Shown: in pieces, positions 63,750 to 64,000 of the stretch
How positions within the stretch are numbered: position 1 is the stretch's first letter
Layout: each line of letters opens with the position of its first letter
NCBI RefSeq assembly: GCF_001194135.2
Contig: NC_068998.1
Location: forward strand, 6,040,305-6,104,304
Length of the DNA: 64,000 nt
Origin: Octopus bimaculoides
Lineage: Eukaryota
Reading direction: 5' to 3'
Program-made: the position numbers and the translations under genes
Notes under the pieces: model-generated
Seen by the model: the letters and a program-made list of their open reading frames with translations, nothing else
Told to the model about the DNA's origin: nothing
Databases searched by the model: none

Positions 63750-63890
63750 AGAATCGAAGAAAAACGACGCCATTTTTTTTCTCTTGCCGACATCTGTTCG
63801 TCGACAATTTCGGAAAGATCTAAGTAAAGGAAATCTACGTAGATGTGACGCAATTATTTCTAGATATTATCGGCTGCAGGTTAAGATCAA
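63750..63890. promoter_or_regulatory. CpG-rich promoter-like patch
   Basis: About 11 CpG in about 130 bp of non-repeat sequence; YY1-type CGCCATTTT at 63768-76; CRE-like TGACGCAAT at 63846-54; pyrimidine run ttttctcttgcc. Confidence 0.4.
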
Positions 63891-64000
63891 AGGGAGTTCA
63901 GTAGATTCTGGTTATATAACTAATATTGCTTTGAACGATTGCAGTTATAAATATAGGTTACTTCGACCTCGGGGTGATTTGAACACGAAATGGCAAAAAA

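Overview
Repeat-dense eukaryotic draft-assembly DNA (about 17 N-gaps, mostly next to microsatellites). The SINE repertoire and microsatellite density point to an octopus genome (inference). The only gene I can support is the 3' part of a + strand WAVE/SCAR (WASF) actin-nucleation gene. Four coding exons join in consistent phase (5988-6141, 9769-9892, 40067-41252, 41909-42096). They encode the C-terminal WAVE-homology domain and meander, the basic region, a Pro-rich region and WH2-C-A. There is one 30-kb intron, and the N-terminal exons lie upstream of the window. The rest is tRNA-headed SINEs of several families (often stacked head-to-tail), decayed RTE, CR1/L2-group and R4/Dong LINE fragments, a deleted mariner, piggyBac-, Tc1- and hAT-type MITEs, long hairpins, a 48-bp minisatellite and a CpG-rich promoter-like patch at the right edge. 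I found no new multi-gene system. The best leads are the atypical WH2/C region of this WAVE (including a possible shifted splice donor), candidate alternative exons in the long intron that would give truncated isoforms, near-perfect hairpins, and nested transposon targeting. All alignments and counts were made by eye.
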